In this document: positions 18,293 through 24,785 of the stretch, one piece after another
Position numbering within the stretch: position 1 is the stretch's first letter
Layout of the letters: each line of letters begins with the position of its first letter
Assembly (NCBI RefSeq): GCF_000025505.1
Contig: NC_013849.1
Span: forward strand, 1,110,001-1,142,000
Length of the DNA: 32,000 nucleotides
Source: Ferroglobus placidus DSM 10642
Lineage (GTDB): Archaea > Halobacteriota > Archaeoglobi > Archaeoglobales > Archaeoglobaceae
Reading direction: 5' to 3'
Made by a program: the position numbers and the translations under genes
Notes under the pieces: generated by a model
What the model was told of the DNA's origin: nothing
Databases searched by the model: none
What the model saw: the letters and a program-made list of their open reading frames with translations, nothing else

Positions 18293-18801
18293 TTCAAACC
18301 TTTCGCATGACTGACAACGTGCTTCAAAACGTCTTTTATTATTTTCACTCCGAGTTCCACTGCCTTTTTAGATCCGGGAAGAGCGAAGACGACTTTTCCG
18401 TTAACAACTCCGGCTGTCGCTCTTGAAAGGATAGCGTTATAGCCGATCTCCTTCAAGCTCTCGTACCTGAATACTTCCCCAAATCCCTCCATCTTTTTAT
18501 CGAAAATGCCTTCAAGTGCCTCTACTGTAACGTCTCTCGGATTCAAACCGGTTCCGCCGGTAAGAATTACGACGTCAGCTTCCATCTCGAGAACAGCTTT
18601 CAGGATTTTTTTGGTGTCGTCAGGAACGAGTTTGTACGCGACTATGCTATCCTTAAAAGCCTCAACTATAGTTTTTCCGGATTCGTCATCCACTTTTTCC
18701 AGATCTTCCAGCCCAACATCCCCGTACTTTTCGTACCTCGAGGTGGAAACGGTTATTACGCCAATTTTAACATCCACCTCTGCCTCATGCATCAGAACCA
18801 C
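18289..18801 (-). CDS. moaB: Molybdenum cofactor biosynthesis protein MoaB/MogA family
   Basis: The ORF is 170 aa. It contains GVITVSTSR and [13 protein letters not shown]. The start is either the GTG at 18801 or the ATG at 18792, which forms a TGATG junction with the fen stop. Confidence 0.85.
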   Translation of the reverse strand: MVLMHEAEVDVKIGVITVSTSRYEKYGDVGLEDLEKVDDESGKTIVEAFKDSIVAYKLVPDDTKKILKAVLEMEADVVILTGGTGLNPRDVTVEALEGIFDKKMEGFGEVFRYESLKEIGYNAILSRATAGVVNGKVVFALPGSKKAVELGVKIIKDVLKHVVSHAKGLK

Positions 18802-19802
18802 CTGTCGAGAGTAATCTGACTCGACGAGATGTTTTCCTCAATTCTCTCAACAGCTTTCTCAACCCTTTCTCTACTAAAGTCGTGCTCCTCGCAAAGGAAC
18901 TCTATAACCTTATCTTTCTTAGGCTTTCTGAATTTTATCTCGTAATCATCCGTGGTTGGAGGATTCAGGAAAAACTCCCTAATTTCATCCAGATGCTCTA
19001 TTTCAACCCTTAAAACTTTTAAAACTTTTTTAACGTCTCCGTAAGTTTTTACGTACTTGAGAGCCTTCTTCGCTCCTATTCCCTTCACCCCCTCGTTGTA
19101 GTCAGTGCCCACGAGAATTGCAACGTCTATTAGCTGCTCCCTCGTTATTCCAAGCTTTTTCAAGTTTGCTTCGAGATCTATTATTTCGGGCTTTATCTCC
19201 ACGTAAACGTTCTTTCCCGGAAGCTTTCTCTTGCCAGTTACGGTTAGATTCCTCGCAAGCTTGGGAGAGCCAAAGAGGAGGGAATCGTAGTCCTGGCTTC
19301 CCGTATAATCGGCATCACCTTTCCTTACCATGTAAGCTGCCTGAGCCTCTCCTTCGCTCGGAGCCTGAACGTAGGGAATCCCCAAGTACTCCAAAAGAGT
19401 TTTCGAGCTCTCAACTATGTACTCATCAACCTTAGCCGTTGCCTGAGCGTACTTCTTTGCATCTTCCCCAGCTTCCAATGCTATTTTCCACTTTTCTTCA
19501 GCCTCTTTTTTTAATTCAGCCCTCCTCTCAAGCTCTTTTTTCTTAAACTCCGGTGGTTCCCCATCGAAAACGTAGATCGGCTTGATGCCGATCTCAATTA
19601 GATTAGCGTTTCTGTAGAGAAGTCCGGATAGATGAGATGTTATTCTCCCCTGAGAGTCCTTGAGAGGTGTGCCATCTGGCTGTCTTATCGTCGATAAAAA
19701 CTGATAGATAGCATTGAAAGCGTCGATGGCTACGTATTTTCCGGAGAAGAATTCCAGTTCTACTTCTTCCCTTTCGAAGAGTTCACCTATGTCAGCACCC
19801 AT
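18792..19802 (-). CDS. fen: Flap endonuclease FEN-1
   Basis: The ORF is 336 aa. [22 protein letters not shown]...[21 protein letters not shown]...[12 protein letters not shown] closely resembles my memory of the A. fulgidus FEN-1 sequence. The C-terminal QITLDRWF is a PIP-like tail. Confidence 0.95.
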   Translation of the reverse strand: MGADIGELFEREEVELEFFSGKYVAIDAFNAIYQFLSTIRQPDGTPLKDSQGRITSHLSGLLYRNANLIEIGIKPIYVFDGEPPEFKKKELERRAELKKEAEEKWKIALEAGEDAKKYAQATAKVDEYIVESSKTLLEYLGIPYVQAPSEGEAQAAYMVRKGDADYTGSQDYDSLLFGSPKLARNLTVTGKRKLPGKNVYVEIKPEIIDLEANLKKLGITREQLIDVAILVGTDYNEGVKGIGAKKALKYVKTYGDVKKVLKVLRVEIEHLDEIREFFLNPPTTDDYEIKFRKPKKDKVIEFLCEEHDFSRERVEKAVERIEENISSSQITLDRWF

Positions 19803-19832
19803 GTAGTATAGTAACTCTTCAAGGATAAAACG

Positions 19833-20165
19833 TTATCTGTAGAGTCTCCTCTCGATTCTCTCCAATCTCTCTTCCAAACCTTCCATGTAAACTTTAAACT
19901 TGCTCTCAATCCTCGACTCAAGGTCGTCAGCGTTTACGGCAATAAGTCTCTTCAGGTTTTCGAATTCCTCCCTCATTCTGTGCATTCTGTACTCCAAGCT
20001 AAGCAAAAGCATTCCGAGAGAGAACGTCAGGAGAAACGCAGAAAATATTACGACCGCATCGACCCTATCGTAGAGAGAGAGCCACTTCCAAGTTAGAATC
20101 ACTGCCGAAATAACCATCAAAGCGGCAAACAAGATTTCTCTCTGCATGCTCATTATTTTTTCCAC
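19833..20165 (-). CDS. Hypothetical membrane protein with two predicted TM helices and a C-terminal coiled coil
   Basis: The ORF is 110 aa. The hydrophobic segments are ILFAALMVISAVILTW and VVIFSAFLLTFSLGMLLLSL, followed by a charged heptad-like tail. The start is ambiguous among M1, M5 and M7. Confidence 0.5.
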   Translation of the reverse strand: MEKIMSMQREILFAALMVISAVILTWKWLSLYDRVDAVVIFSAFLLTFSLGMLLLSLEYRMHRMREEFENLKRLIAVNADDLESRIESKFKVYMEGLEERLERIERRLYR

Positions 20166-20195
20166 TAACTATAAATTATTAACTCCCAAAAACGA

Positions 20196-20202
20196 TTTAT
20201 AT
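20196..20202 (+). promoter_or_regulatory. TATA-like box upstream of tRNA-Met
   Basis: The sequence TTTATAT is centred about 30 nt upstream of the mature tRNA 5' end. Confidence 0.4.
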
Positions 20203-20228
20203 CGTCACGGAAGCTATCTTATTGAATT

Positions 20229-20302
20229 GCCGAGGTGGCCTAGCTGGTCGGGGCGACGGACTCATAATCCGTAGGTCGCGGGTTCGAATCCCGCCCTCGG
20301 CA
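20229..20302 (+). tRNA. tRNA with CAT anticodon, most likely elongator tRNA-Met; tRNA-Ile2 cannot be excluded from sequence alone
   Basis: I folded the cloverleaf by hand. The acceptor is GCCGAGG/CCTCGGC with discriminator A. The anticodon arm is ACGGA-CTCATAA-TCCGT. The T arm is GCGGG-TTCGAAT-CCCGC. No CCA is encoded. The first pair is G1:C72, so it is not an initiator. Confidence 0.9.
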
Positions 20303-20477
20303 TCCTTTCTTTTGGTTCGGACTTCATATACAAGCGATAGAATTCTGTTTACATTTGCTTTCGACTTATTCTCGCGGTATCTGAGAACTTCTTTAAGGAA
20401 AGCGCAGGTTTCAACTTCCTCTATCTTCAGATGTCCCTACGGCTAATGCTAGTTCCAGATACTAAGACTCACATATG

Positions 20478-20524
20478 TTGGTAAAAAACCAAAAAACTTA
20501 TAAATACTTTGGTAAATTAACCAA
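20478..20524 (+). promoter_or_regulatory. Promoter/operator of the islet operon: two TTGGT-N5/6-ACCAA palindromes flanking a TATA box
   Basis: The first palindrome, TTGGTaaaaaACCAA, lies at 20478-20492. The TATA-like CTTATAAATAC lies at 20498-20508. The second palindrome, TTGGTaaattaACCAA, lies at 20509-20524 and ends 2 nt before the ATG at 20527. Confidence 0.55.
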
Positions 20525-20526
20525 CG

Positions 20527-20778
20527 ATGGAGAAAGAAATCAGAGTAAAGGGGCGAACAGTGATTTACAGAATCGTGCCGAAAAAAGGATGGGCTGTCGT
20601 CGTCAAGGAAGACAACGTATTGATAGACAACTACCACCACGGTTATCCGCACATTCACCCGGACAGAGAACCGATAAAAACGAACGACGTGTACGAGGTT
20701 GTTGAAATAGTTGTGAGGCATATAGAAAGGTATGGAAAGGTCGTGATGGAAAAACTGAGGGATGAATTATGCAGATAA
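20527..20778 (+). CDS. Miniature TumE/DUF6516-like protein, a putative toxin component
   Basis: The ORF is 83 aa. The His-rich block IDNYHHGYPHIHPD resembles the YDNAPHH...PHHKH signature I recall for DUF6516 (NCBI name: toxin-antitoxin system TumE family). It overlaps the downstream HTH gene by 10 nt. Confidence 0.55.
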   Translation: MEKEIRVKGRTVIYRIVPKKGWAVVVKEDNVLIDNYHHGYPHIHPDREPIKTNDVYEVVEIVVRHIERYGKVVMEKLRDELCR

Positions 20779-21191
20779 AGTTCGTAAGAAAGATTAAGGC
20801 TAAGGATCTTATTAAGGAGTTCGAAAAGAAGTACGGTAGTCTGGAGAGGCTTGAGAGGTACTTGGAAAGACATCCAGATGACTACGTTGCGTTGATGGAT
20901 TACGAGGATTGGAAGCACTTCCTGGAAAACCCAGACGTCGAGGTTGAGGAAGGGGAAATTTTCGTCACCAACGTTTCTTTCCTGACGCCTCAAAAGCTTC
21001 AATTGCTCGAAGCTATCAAAAAGCATAGACCGAAGTCAATAAGAGAGCTTGCCGAAAAAGTCGGGAGAGACGTGAAAAACGTTTATATGGACGTTAAAGA
21101 GCTCGAAAAAATCGGATTGATTGAACTTAAAGACTCTGGAAGGGCAAAAAAAGTTGAGCTGAAGTACAACGAAATTCACATCATAATTTAA
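20769..21191 (+). CDS. HVO_A0114-like winged-helix DNA-binding protein, a putative antitoxin or regulator
   Basis: The ORF is 140 aa. The C-terminal half, LTPQKLQLLEAIKKHRPKSIRELAEKVGRDVKNVYMDVKELEKIGLIELKDSGRAKKVELKYNEIHI, matches the wHTH pattern of that family (P.SIrELA...gRDvknVh.Dl..Le..GlV). Confidence 0.65.
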   Translation: MQIKFVRKIKAKDLIKEFEKKYGSLERLERYLERHPDDYVALMDYEDWKHFLENPDVEVEEGEIFVTNVSFLTPQKLQLLEAIKKHRPKSIRELAEKVGRDVKNVYMDVKELEKIGLIELKDSGRAKKVELKYNEIHIII

Positions 21192-21220
21192 AACCGTAAC
21201 GTTCTAACTTCGCCTTTCAA

Positions 21221-21255
21221 ATGCTTCGCGTCTCTGTCGCTCAAGCATACTTTTT
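21221..21255 (+). terminator. Hairpin plus T5 tract downstream of the islet operon
   Basis: ATGCTT...AAGCAT forms a 6 bp outer stem, with a possible inner GCG/CGC pairing, over 21221-21248. TTTTT follows at 21251-21255. Confidence 0.35.
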
Positions 21256-21320
21256 CCCGCCAGTAACTTAGACGAATACTTCTCGAATAAAACTCGCGTA
21301 GCTTATCAGTGAAATACAAA

Positions 21321-21542
21321 TTACTCTTTCTTCGCACTTTTCTTTAGCAGCTCTTTGATTTTAGCATCCAGATATCTCCTCTCAGCTTCTTTACCAAGAC
21401 TTTTGCGATAATCAGCTTTAAGCTGCCCCTCAGCAAGTTTAAGTAAAAGTTCGTCCTCCTCGTCCGGGACGTCTTTCCCCGCATCTTTACCCATACTAAA
21501 TGTTATACCGCAAGTAGATATATACCTTCGCAAAGTGCCCAC
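21321..21542 (-). CDS. Orphan small charged protein of 57 or 73 aa
   Basis: The maximal ORF starts at the GTG at 21542. An alternative ATG at 21494 (MGKDAGKD...) has a TATATAT box about 26-33 nt upstream. The protein is helical and K/E-rich, and I recognise no family. Confidence 0.4.
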   Translation of the reverse strand: MGTLRRYISTCGITFSMGKDAGKDVPDEEDELLLKLAEGQLKADYRKSLGKEAERRYLDAKIKELLKKSAKKE

Positions 21543-21585
21543 AAACTCTTTAAACCAAAATTAAGTATATTATTTCTGCAGAGCT

Positions 21586-21669
21586 GCGGGGGTTGCCGAG
21601 CCAGGAAAAGGCGCAGGGCTTAAGACCCTGTCCCGTAGGGGTCCGCGGGTTCAAATCCCGCCCCCCGCA
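21586..21669 (+). tRNA. tRNA-Leu(TAA)
   Basis: The acceptor is GCGGGGG/CCCCCGC with discriminator A. The anticodon arm is CAGGG-CTTAAGA-CCCTG. It has a long variable arm (TCCCGTAGGGGTC) and a T arm GCGGG-TTCAAAT-CCCGC. Confidence 0.9.
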
Positions 21670-21858
21670 TGATTCTTCGGGTTTAACGCGATAAAGAGTA
21701 CTTCGTTCAGATTCCGAGGATACAAAAACGGGGAAAGAACTATCTACGTCAGAGCTTAGATTTCTCAAAAGAAGCAATTAATGCGGACTTGTCGCACTTC
21801 GATTTTAAGGTCGAATCAGATTTAAAAAACCTTAAATTTTCCGCATAAAACTTCGTGT

Positions 21859-22485
21859 GTGGTTAGAGTTAGCGATGTCGTAAGCTTCGTTAGATGCAAA
21901 AGATTGGCTTTCTTTTCGATTCACCATCCGAAGGATTTTCCAACGCCGCTAAAGGCAGCGAGAGAAATATTCCTCAGTCTCAGAAAGGGTTTTGACTACG
22001 AATGGGCTTTTGAAAGATTTTCCACTCTATATCCGGAAGCAAAAGACGTGTTCGTTGAGGCTTCCAAAAACTTCATTATTTCGGAAGAGCTCGAAAAGCT
22101 AACTCCGCTGAAGTGGGAGCAGTACTACCACTCGGAAAAATTAAAGTTGAGTGGAGTCGTTGACGAGATTCACGAAAACTCCTTTTTATGGGTCTCCCTT
22201 AAAGCTCCGAAAAAGGAGAAGTTTGAAAACAGAATTAAAGCTGCCTGCTACTCGATTCTCACCGGAATCGACACCGCTTACATCTACTACTGCTACGACG
22301 GAAAGTTCGAGAGAATCGATGTGAGCAGAAGGGACAAGTACAACGCTTTGAGGATTATAGAGAAAGTTCGGAAAATTGAAAAGGGAACTCTTCCGGAGAG
22401 AGAAGAAAGCTGGATGTGCGAAAAATGCGTTTACGTCGATTCCTGCAAAGAAAAAAGATCAACTTTCGCCTCCCGATTTCTTTAG
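21859..22485 (+). CDS. Solo Cas4/DUF83-like PD-(D/E)xK nuclease-fold protein with a four-Cys cluster
   Basis: The ORF is 208 aa with a GTG start. C13 lies in VSFVRCKRLAFF, and C187, C190 and C196 lie in CEKCVYVDSC, the 1+3 cysteine pattern of Cas4-type Fe-S nucleases. GVVDEI supplies the Asp motif. The expected ExK reads S113-L-K115 and the QxxxY motif reads KAACY. Confidence 0.6.
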   Translation: MVRVSDVVSFVRCKRLAFFSIHHPKDFPTPLKAAREIFLSLRKGFDYEWAFERFSTLYPEAKDVFVEASKNFIISEELEKLTPLKWEQYYHSEKLKLSGVVDEIHENSFLWVSLKAPKKEKFENRIKAACYSILTGIDTAYIYYCYDGKFERIDVSRRDKYNALRIIEKVRKIEKGTLPEREESWMCEKCVYVDSCKEKRSTFASRFL

Positions 22486-23145
22486 TCCGTAGGGGCAAAC
22501 TTTCACGCAAATTCCGCAAACCATGTAACCTATGTCCGGATCTGATGCGAACTCCTGAAGCTTCTTTGCGCACTTTTCCACGTCGAAAACTTCCTCTCTT
22601 TTAGGATAATCCTCGAAATCCGAATCTTTTAACGCCTTTACTATGCAAGCCTCGATGCATTTTTTGCAACTTCCGCATTTGTTTTTCATTGGCTCCCCAG
22701 CTTCGAGGGGCATATCCGTTAGAATCGTCGCAAGCCTAACTCTTGGACCGTACTTCTCCGTTACGAGAAGCAGGGATTTTCCGATCCATCCAACTCCCGC
22801 TGCTCTCGCTATAGCTTTGTGCGAAATAAAACTTCTCCAGTCCGTGTTTTTCAAAATCTTTGAAGCTGGAATCGGAATAGCTCTATACCCTCTCCTTTCT
22901 ATTTCGTTAGCGAGTATAAAAGCTATTCTATCCAGCATAGCGTTTGCAACTTCGTACTGCTTCGCGTAAAGCGGTCTTGAAGCAGGAAGGGAGTCGAAAA
23001 CAGCGTCGCTCAACTTAACTCCAATGACGATCCCCCTCTTAAAACCCTCAAGCAGGTTTTCCGGAATTGTTGGATAATCTCTTATCAAATCGAGATCCGC
23101 AACTCCGAAGATATCGGCTCCGAGTTTCTTAGCCAAATCTTCCAT
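22459..23145 (-). CDS. QueG/reductive-dehalogenase-like Fe-S protein with two 4Fe-4S motifs
   Basis: It contains CGSCKKCIEAC and CGICVKVCP and the QueG-like N-terminus LAKKLGADIFGVADL. I prefer the ATG at 23145, which has an AATTAATAG box about 25 nt upstream, over the track start at 23184. Its 3' end overlaps the Cas4-like gene by 27 nt. Confidence 0.65.
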   Translation of the reverse strand: MEDLAKKLGADIFGVADLDLIRDYPTIPENLLEGFKRGIVIGVKLSDAVFDSLPASRPLYAKQYEVANAMLDRIAFILANEIERRGYRAIPIPASKILKNTDWRSFISHKAIARAAGVGWIGKSLLLVTEKYGPRVRLATILTDMPLEAGEPMKNKCGSCKKCIEACIVKALKDSDFEDYPKREEVFDVEKCAKKLQEFASDPDIGYMVCGICVKVCPYGLKKSGGES

Positions 23146-23229
23146 GTAGTAAAATGATTTTCGAACTATTAATTGTTTTCCCAAAAATTAAGCGAAAGTG
23201 TTAAGTCAAGATCTGTAAAGTCCTTTTTC

Positions 23230-24150
23230 ATGGATAAAGTCGAAGAAATCACTCAGAAGATCGTCGAAAAGTTCGAAAGGCATGGAGTAAAGGTTAACAA
23301 GAGCGAGATAAAAAAACGTGTAGATTTACTTCTCAACGAGTTTAAAGTTCCCGAGGGAGAAATAATAAGGACGATCACAAACTACCTAATCCGAGAACAC
23401 GGCTTGTCTAAGGAAATTCTCTTCGAGCGGGAATCTCCCCTTGTAAAAATTGCCGAAATAACAAAACCCGGTGTATGGGTGAGTGTTAAAGCTAAAGTCG
23501 CCCAGCTCTGGGATTCTTCTTCGCCAAACGTCTCTCAAGTTGGGTTGATCGGTGATGAAACCGGAATGATAAAGTTCGTAATCTGGGCAAAGTCCGGAAA
23601 AGGGGAGGTCGAAGAGGGAAAATCGTACCTTTTCAAGAACGTCGTAACTGACTCGTTTCAGGGAAGAATGCAGATCAACGTTAACAGATTTAGCAGCATA
23701 GTCGAGCTCGAGGAGGACATTTCGCTCCCTCCGAGGGAGGTTAGCATAGTAGGGGCTCTCGTATCAATACAGCAGGGAAGCGGGCTGATACAGAGATGCA
23801 GCATTTGCGGGAGAGCCATGATAAAAAACAGCTGTCCAGAGCACGGAAAAGTCGAAAGTTACGACGATTTAAGGATAAAGGGGGTTCTCGACGATGGAGA
23901 AAGCGTTTACGAAATAATCTTGAACGAGGAGAACGTTAAGTCTCTCACGGGAATAGGGCTTGAAGAAGCTAAGAGAATAGCTCAGGAAAAGCTCGACAGA
24001 GGAGCGGTTCTTTCAGAGTTAAAGTCGAGGTTGCTCGGAAGGTACTTCAAAGTCACGGGAACTAAAGGTGGGAGGTACATCCTCGTTAAGGAAGTCGATT
24101 TCTACAAGCCGGAGTTGAAGGAGTTCAAGCTTCTGGGTGAGGCGATATGA
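23230..24150 (+). CDS. rpa: Replication protein A-type ssDNA-binding protein with an OB fold and a zinc finger
   Basis: The OB-fold block is VWVSVKAKVAQLWD...VGLIGDETGMIKFVIW. The zinc knuckle CSICGRAMIKNSCPEHG fits Cx2Cx8Cx2H. I prefer the ATG at 23230 (MDKVEE) over the track start at 23173. Confidence 0.8.
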   Translation: MDKVEEITQKIVEKFERHGVKVNKSEIKKRVDLLLNEFKVPEGEIIRTITNYLIREHGLSKEILFERESPLVKIAEITKPGVWVSVKAKVAQLWDSSSPNVSQVGLIGDETGMIKFVIWAKSGKGEVEEGKSYLFKNVVTDSFQGRMQINVNRFSSIVELEEDISLPPREVSIVGALVSIQQGSGLIQRCSICGRAMIKNSCPEHGKVESYDDLRIKGVLDDGESVYEIILNEENVKSLTGIGLEEAKRIAQEKLDRGAVLSELKSRLLGRYFKVTGTKGGRYILVKEVDFYKPELKEFKLLGEAI

Positions 24151-24785
24151 TAAGAAGGAGAGAAGTGGCTAAGAGAGTTTTCGCTTACGAATTAACGAGG
24201 TCTACTCACGTTCTGCAAGAGGAAAACGTCAAATACGCTTTAACGCCCTTAGGAGAGAGAGTGAACAGGATTTTCTCCGTCAGCGTTCTGCTTGATAAGG
24301 AGGAAGTAAGGCCGGACACGAATCTTTGGAGGATGAGGCTTAGCGATCCAACCGGAGTTTTTTACGCCTACGCCGGAAGGTTCAACAGCGAGGCAGTAGA
24401 AACTTTGCTCGATCTCGAACCGCCGGTGATAGTGGCTTTAGTCGGTAAAGTCAGAGTTTTCGAAGGTGTGACGAGAAAACTCGTCTCGGTCGTTCCGGAA
24501 AATCTCGTTGAGGTGGAGAGCGCTGTTAGAGACTACTGGGTTCTCGAAACGGCAAAAGCAACGCTAAAGAGAATTGAGGAGATGGAGAAAAAGGAGGGAG
24601 AAGATGTTAAGCTCGCTTGGAACATATACAATCCGAATCTTGAGGAGTACAAAAGCGTCGTGAAGCAGGCGGTTTCGCTAATCCGAGAGGAGCTTGAAGA
24701 GCTCGAAAAAGAATTTGAAGAGGAAGAGGAGGATTTCGAATTTGAAGAAGAGGAGTGGGATTTAACCGAGTTGCTCGAAGATTAA
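24147..24785 (+). CDS. RPA-associated protein (Rpap/RPA32-like, COG3390-type) with an acidic tail
   Basis: The ORF is 212 aa and has an ATGA overlap with rpa. It contains RVFAYEL...ALTPLGERVNRIF...LSDPTG and ends with the tail EEEEEDFEFEEEEWDLTELLED. Confidence 0.7.
   Translation: MIRRREVAKRVFAYELTRSTHVLQEENVKYALTPLGERVNRIFSVSVLLDKEEVRPDTNLWRMRLSDPTGVFYAYAGRFNSEAVETLLDLEPPVIVALVGKVRVFEGVTRKLVSVVPENLVEVESAVRDYWVLETAKATLKRIEEMEKKEGEDVKLAWNIYNPNLEEYKSVVKQAVSLIREELEELEKEFEEEEEDFEFEEEEWDLTELLED

Noticed and set aside
20200-20436. A 79-codon open frame on the minus strand runs from the islet through the antisense of tRNA-Met (GHLKIEEVETCAFLKEVLRYRENKSKANVNRILSLVYEV...). It is superficially like the N-terminal core-binding region of a tyrosine or SSV-type integrase split by integration into a tRNA.
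   Set aside because: It has no ATG, GTG or TTG start anywhere upstream of the tRNA portion, and a TAG lies immediately upstream at 20437-20439. The antisense of a GC-rich tRNA is naturally stop-poor. The integrase resemblance rests on a few residues only. I also found no second copy of the tRNA 3' segment (att repeat) between 20303 and 23000. It might be worth a tblastn, but the sequence alone does not support it.
20222-20446. Two track ORFs overlap tRNA genes: the + strand ORF 20222..20446 (74 aa) overlaps tRNA-Met, and the - strand ORF 21550..21777 (75 aa) overlaps tRNA-Leu.
   Set aside because: Both are explained by the tRNA genes they cover, and their translations are Arg/Pro/Gly-rich with no coding signature.
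20449-21026. Minus-strand ORFs 20449..20721 (90 aa) and 20655..21026 (123 aa) lie opposite the islet operon.
   Set aside because: They are antisense shadows of the far more convincing + strand gene pair. The translations are low-complexity with no motifs, and no promoter is placed appropriately.
21561-21575. The sequence GTATATTATTT might be the tRNA-Leu TATA box.
   Set aside because: It is centred only about 16 nt from the mature tRNA 5' end, too close for an archaeal promoter, which normally has about 26 nt from TATA centre to transcription start. A weaker A/T stretch further upstream (about 21557-21565) fits the tRNA better. The strong box fits the divergent minus-strand small ORF instead.
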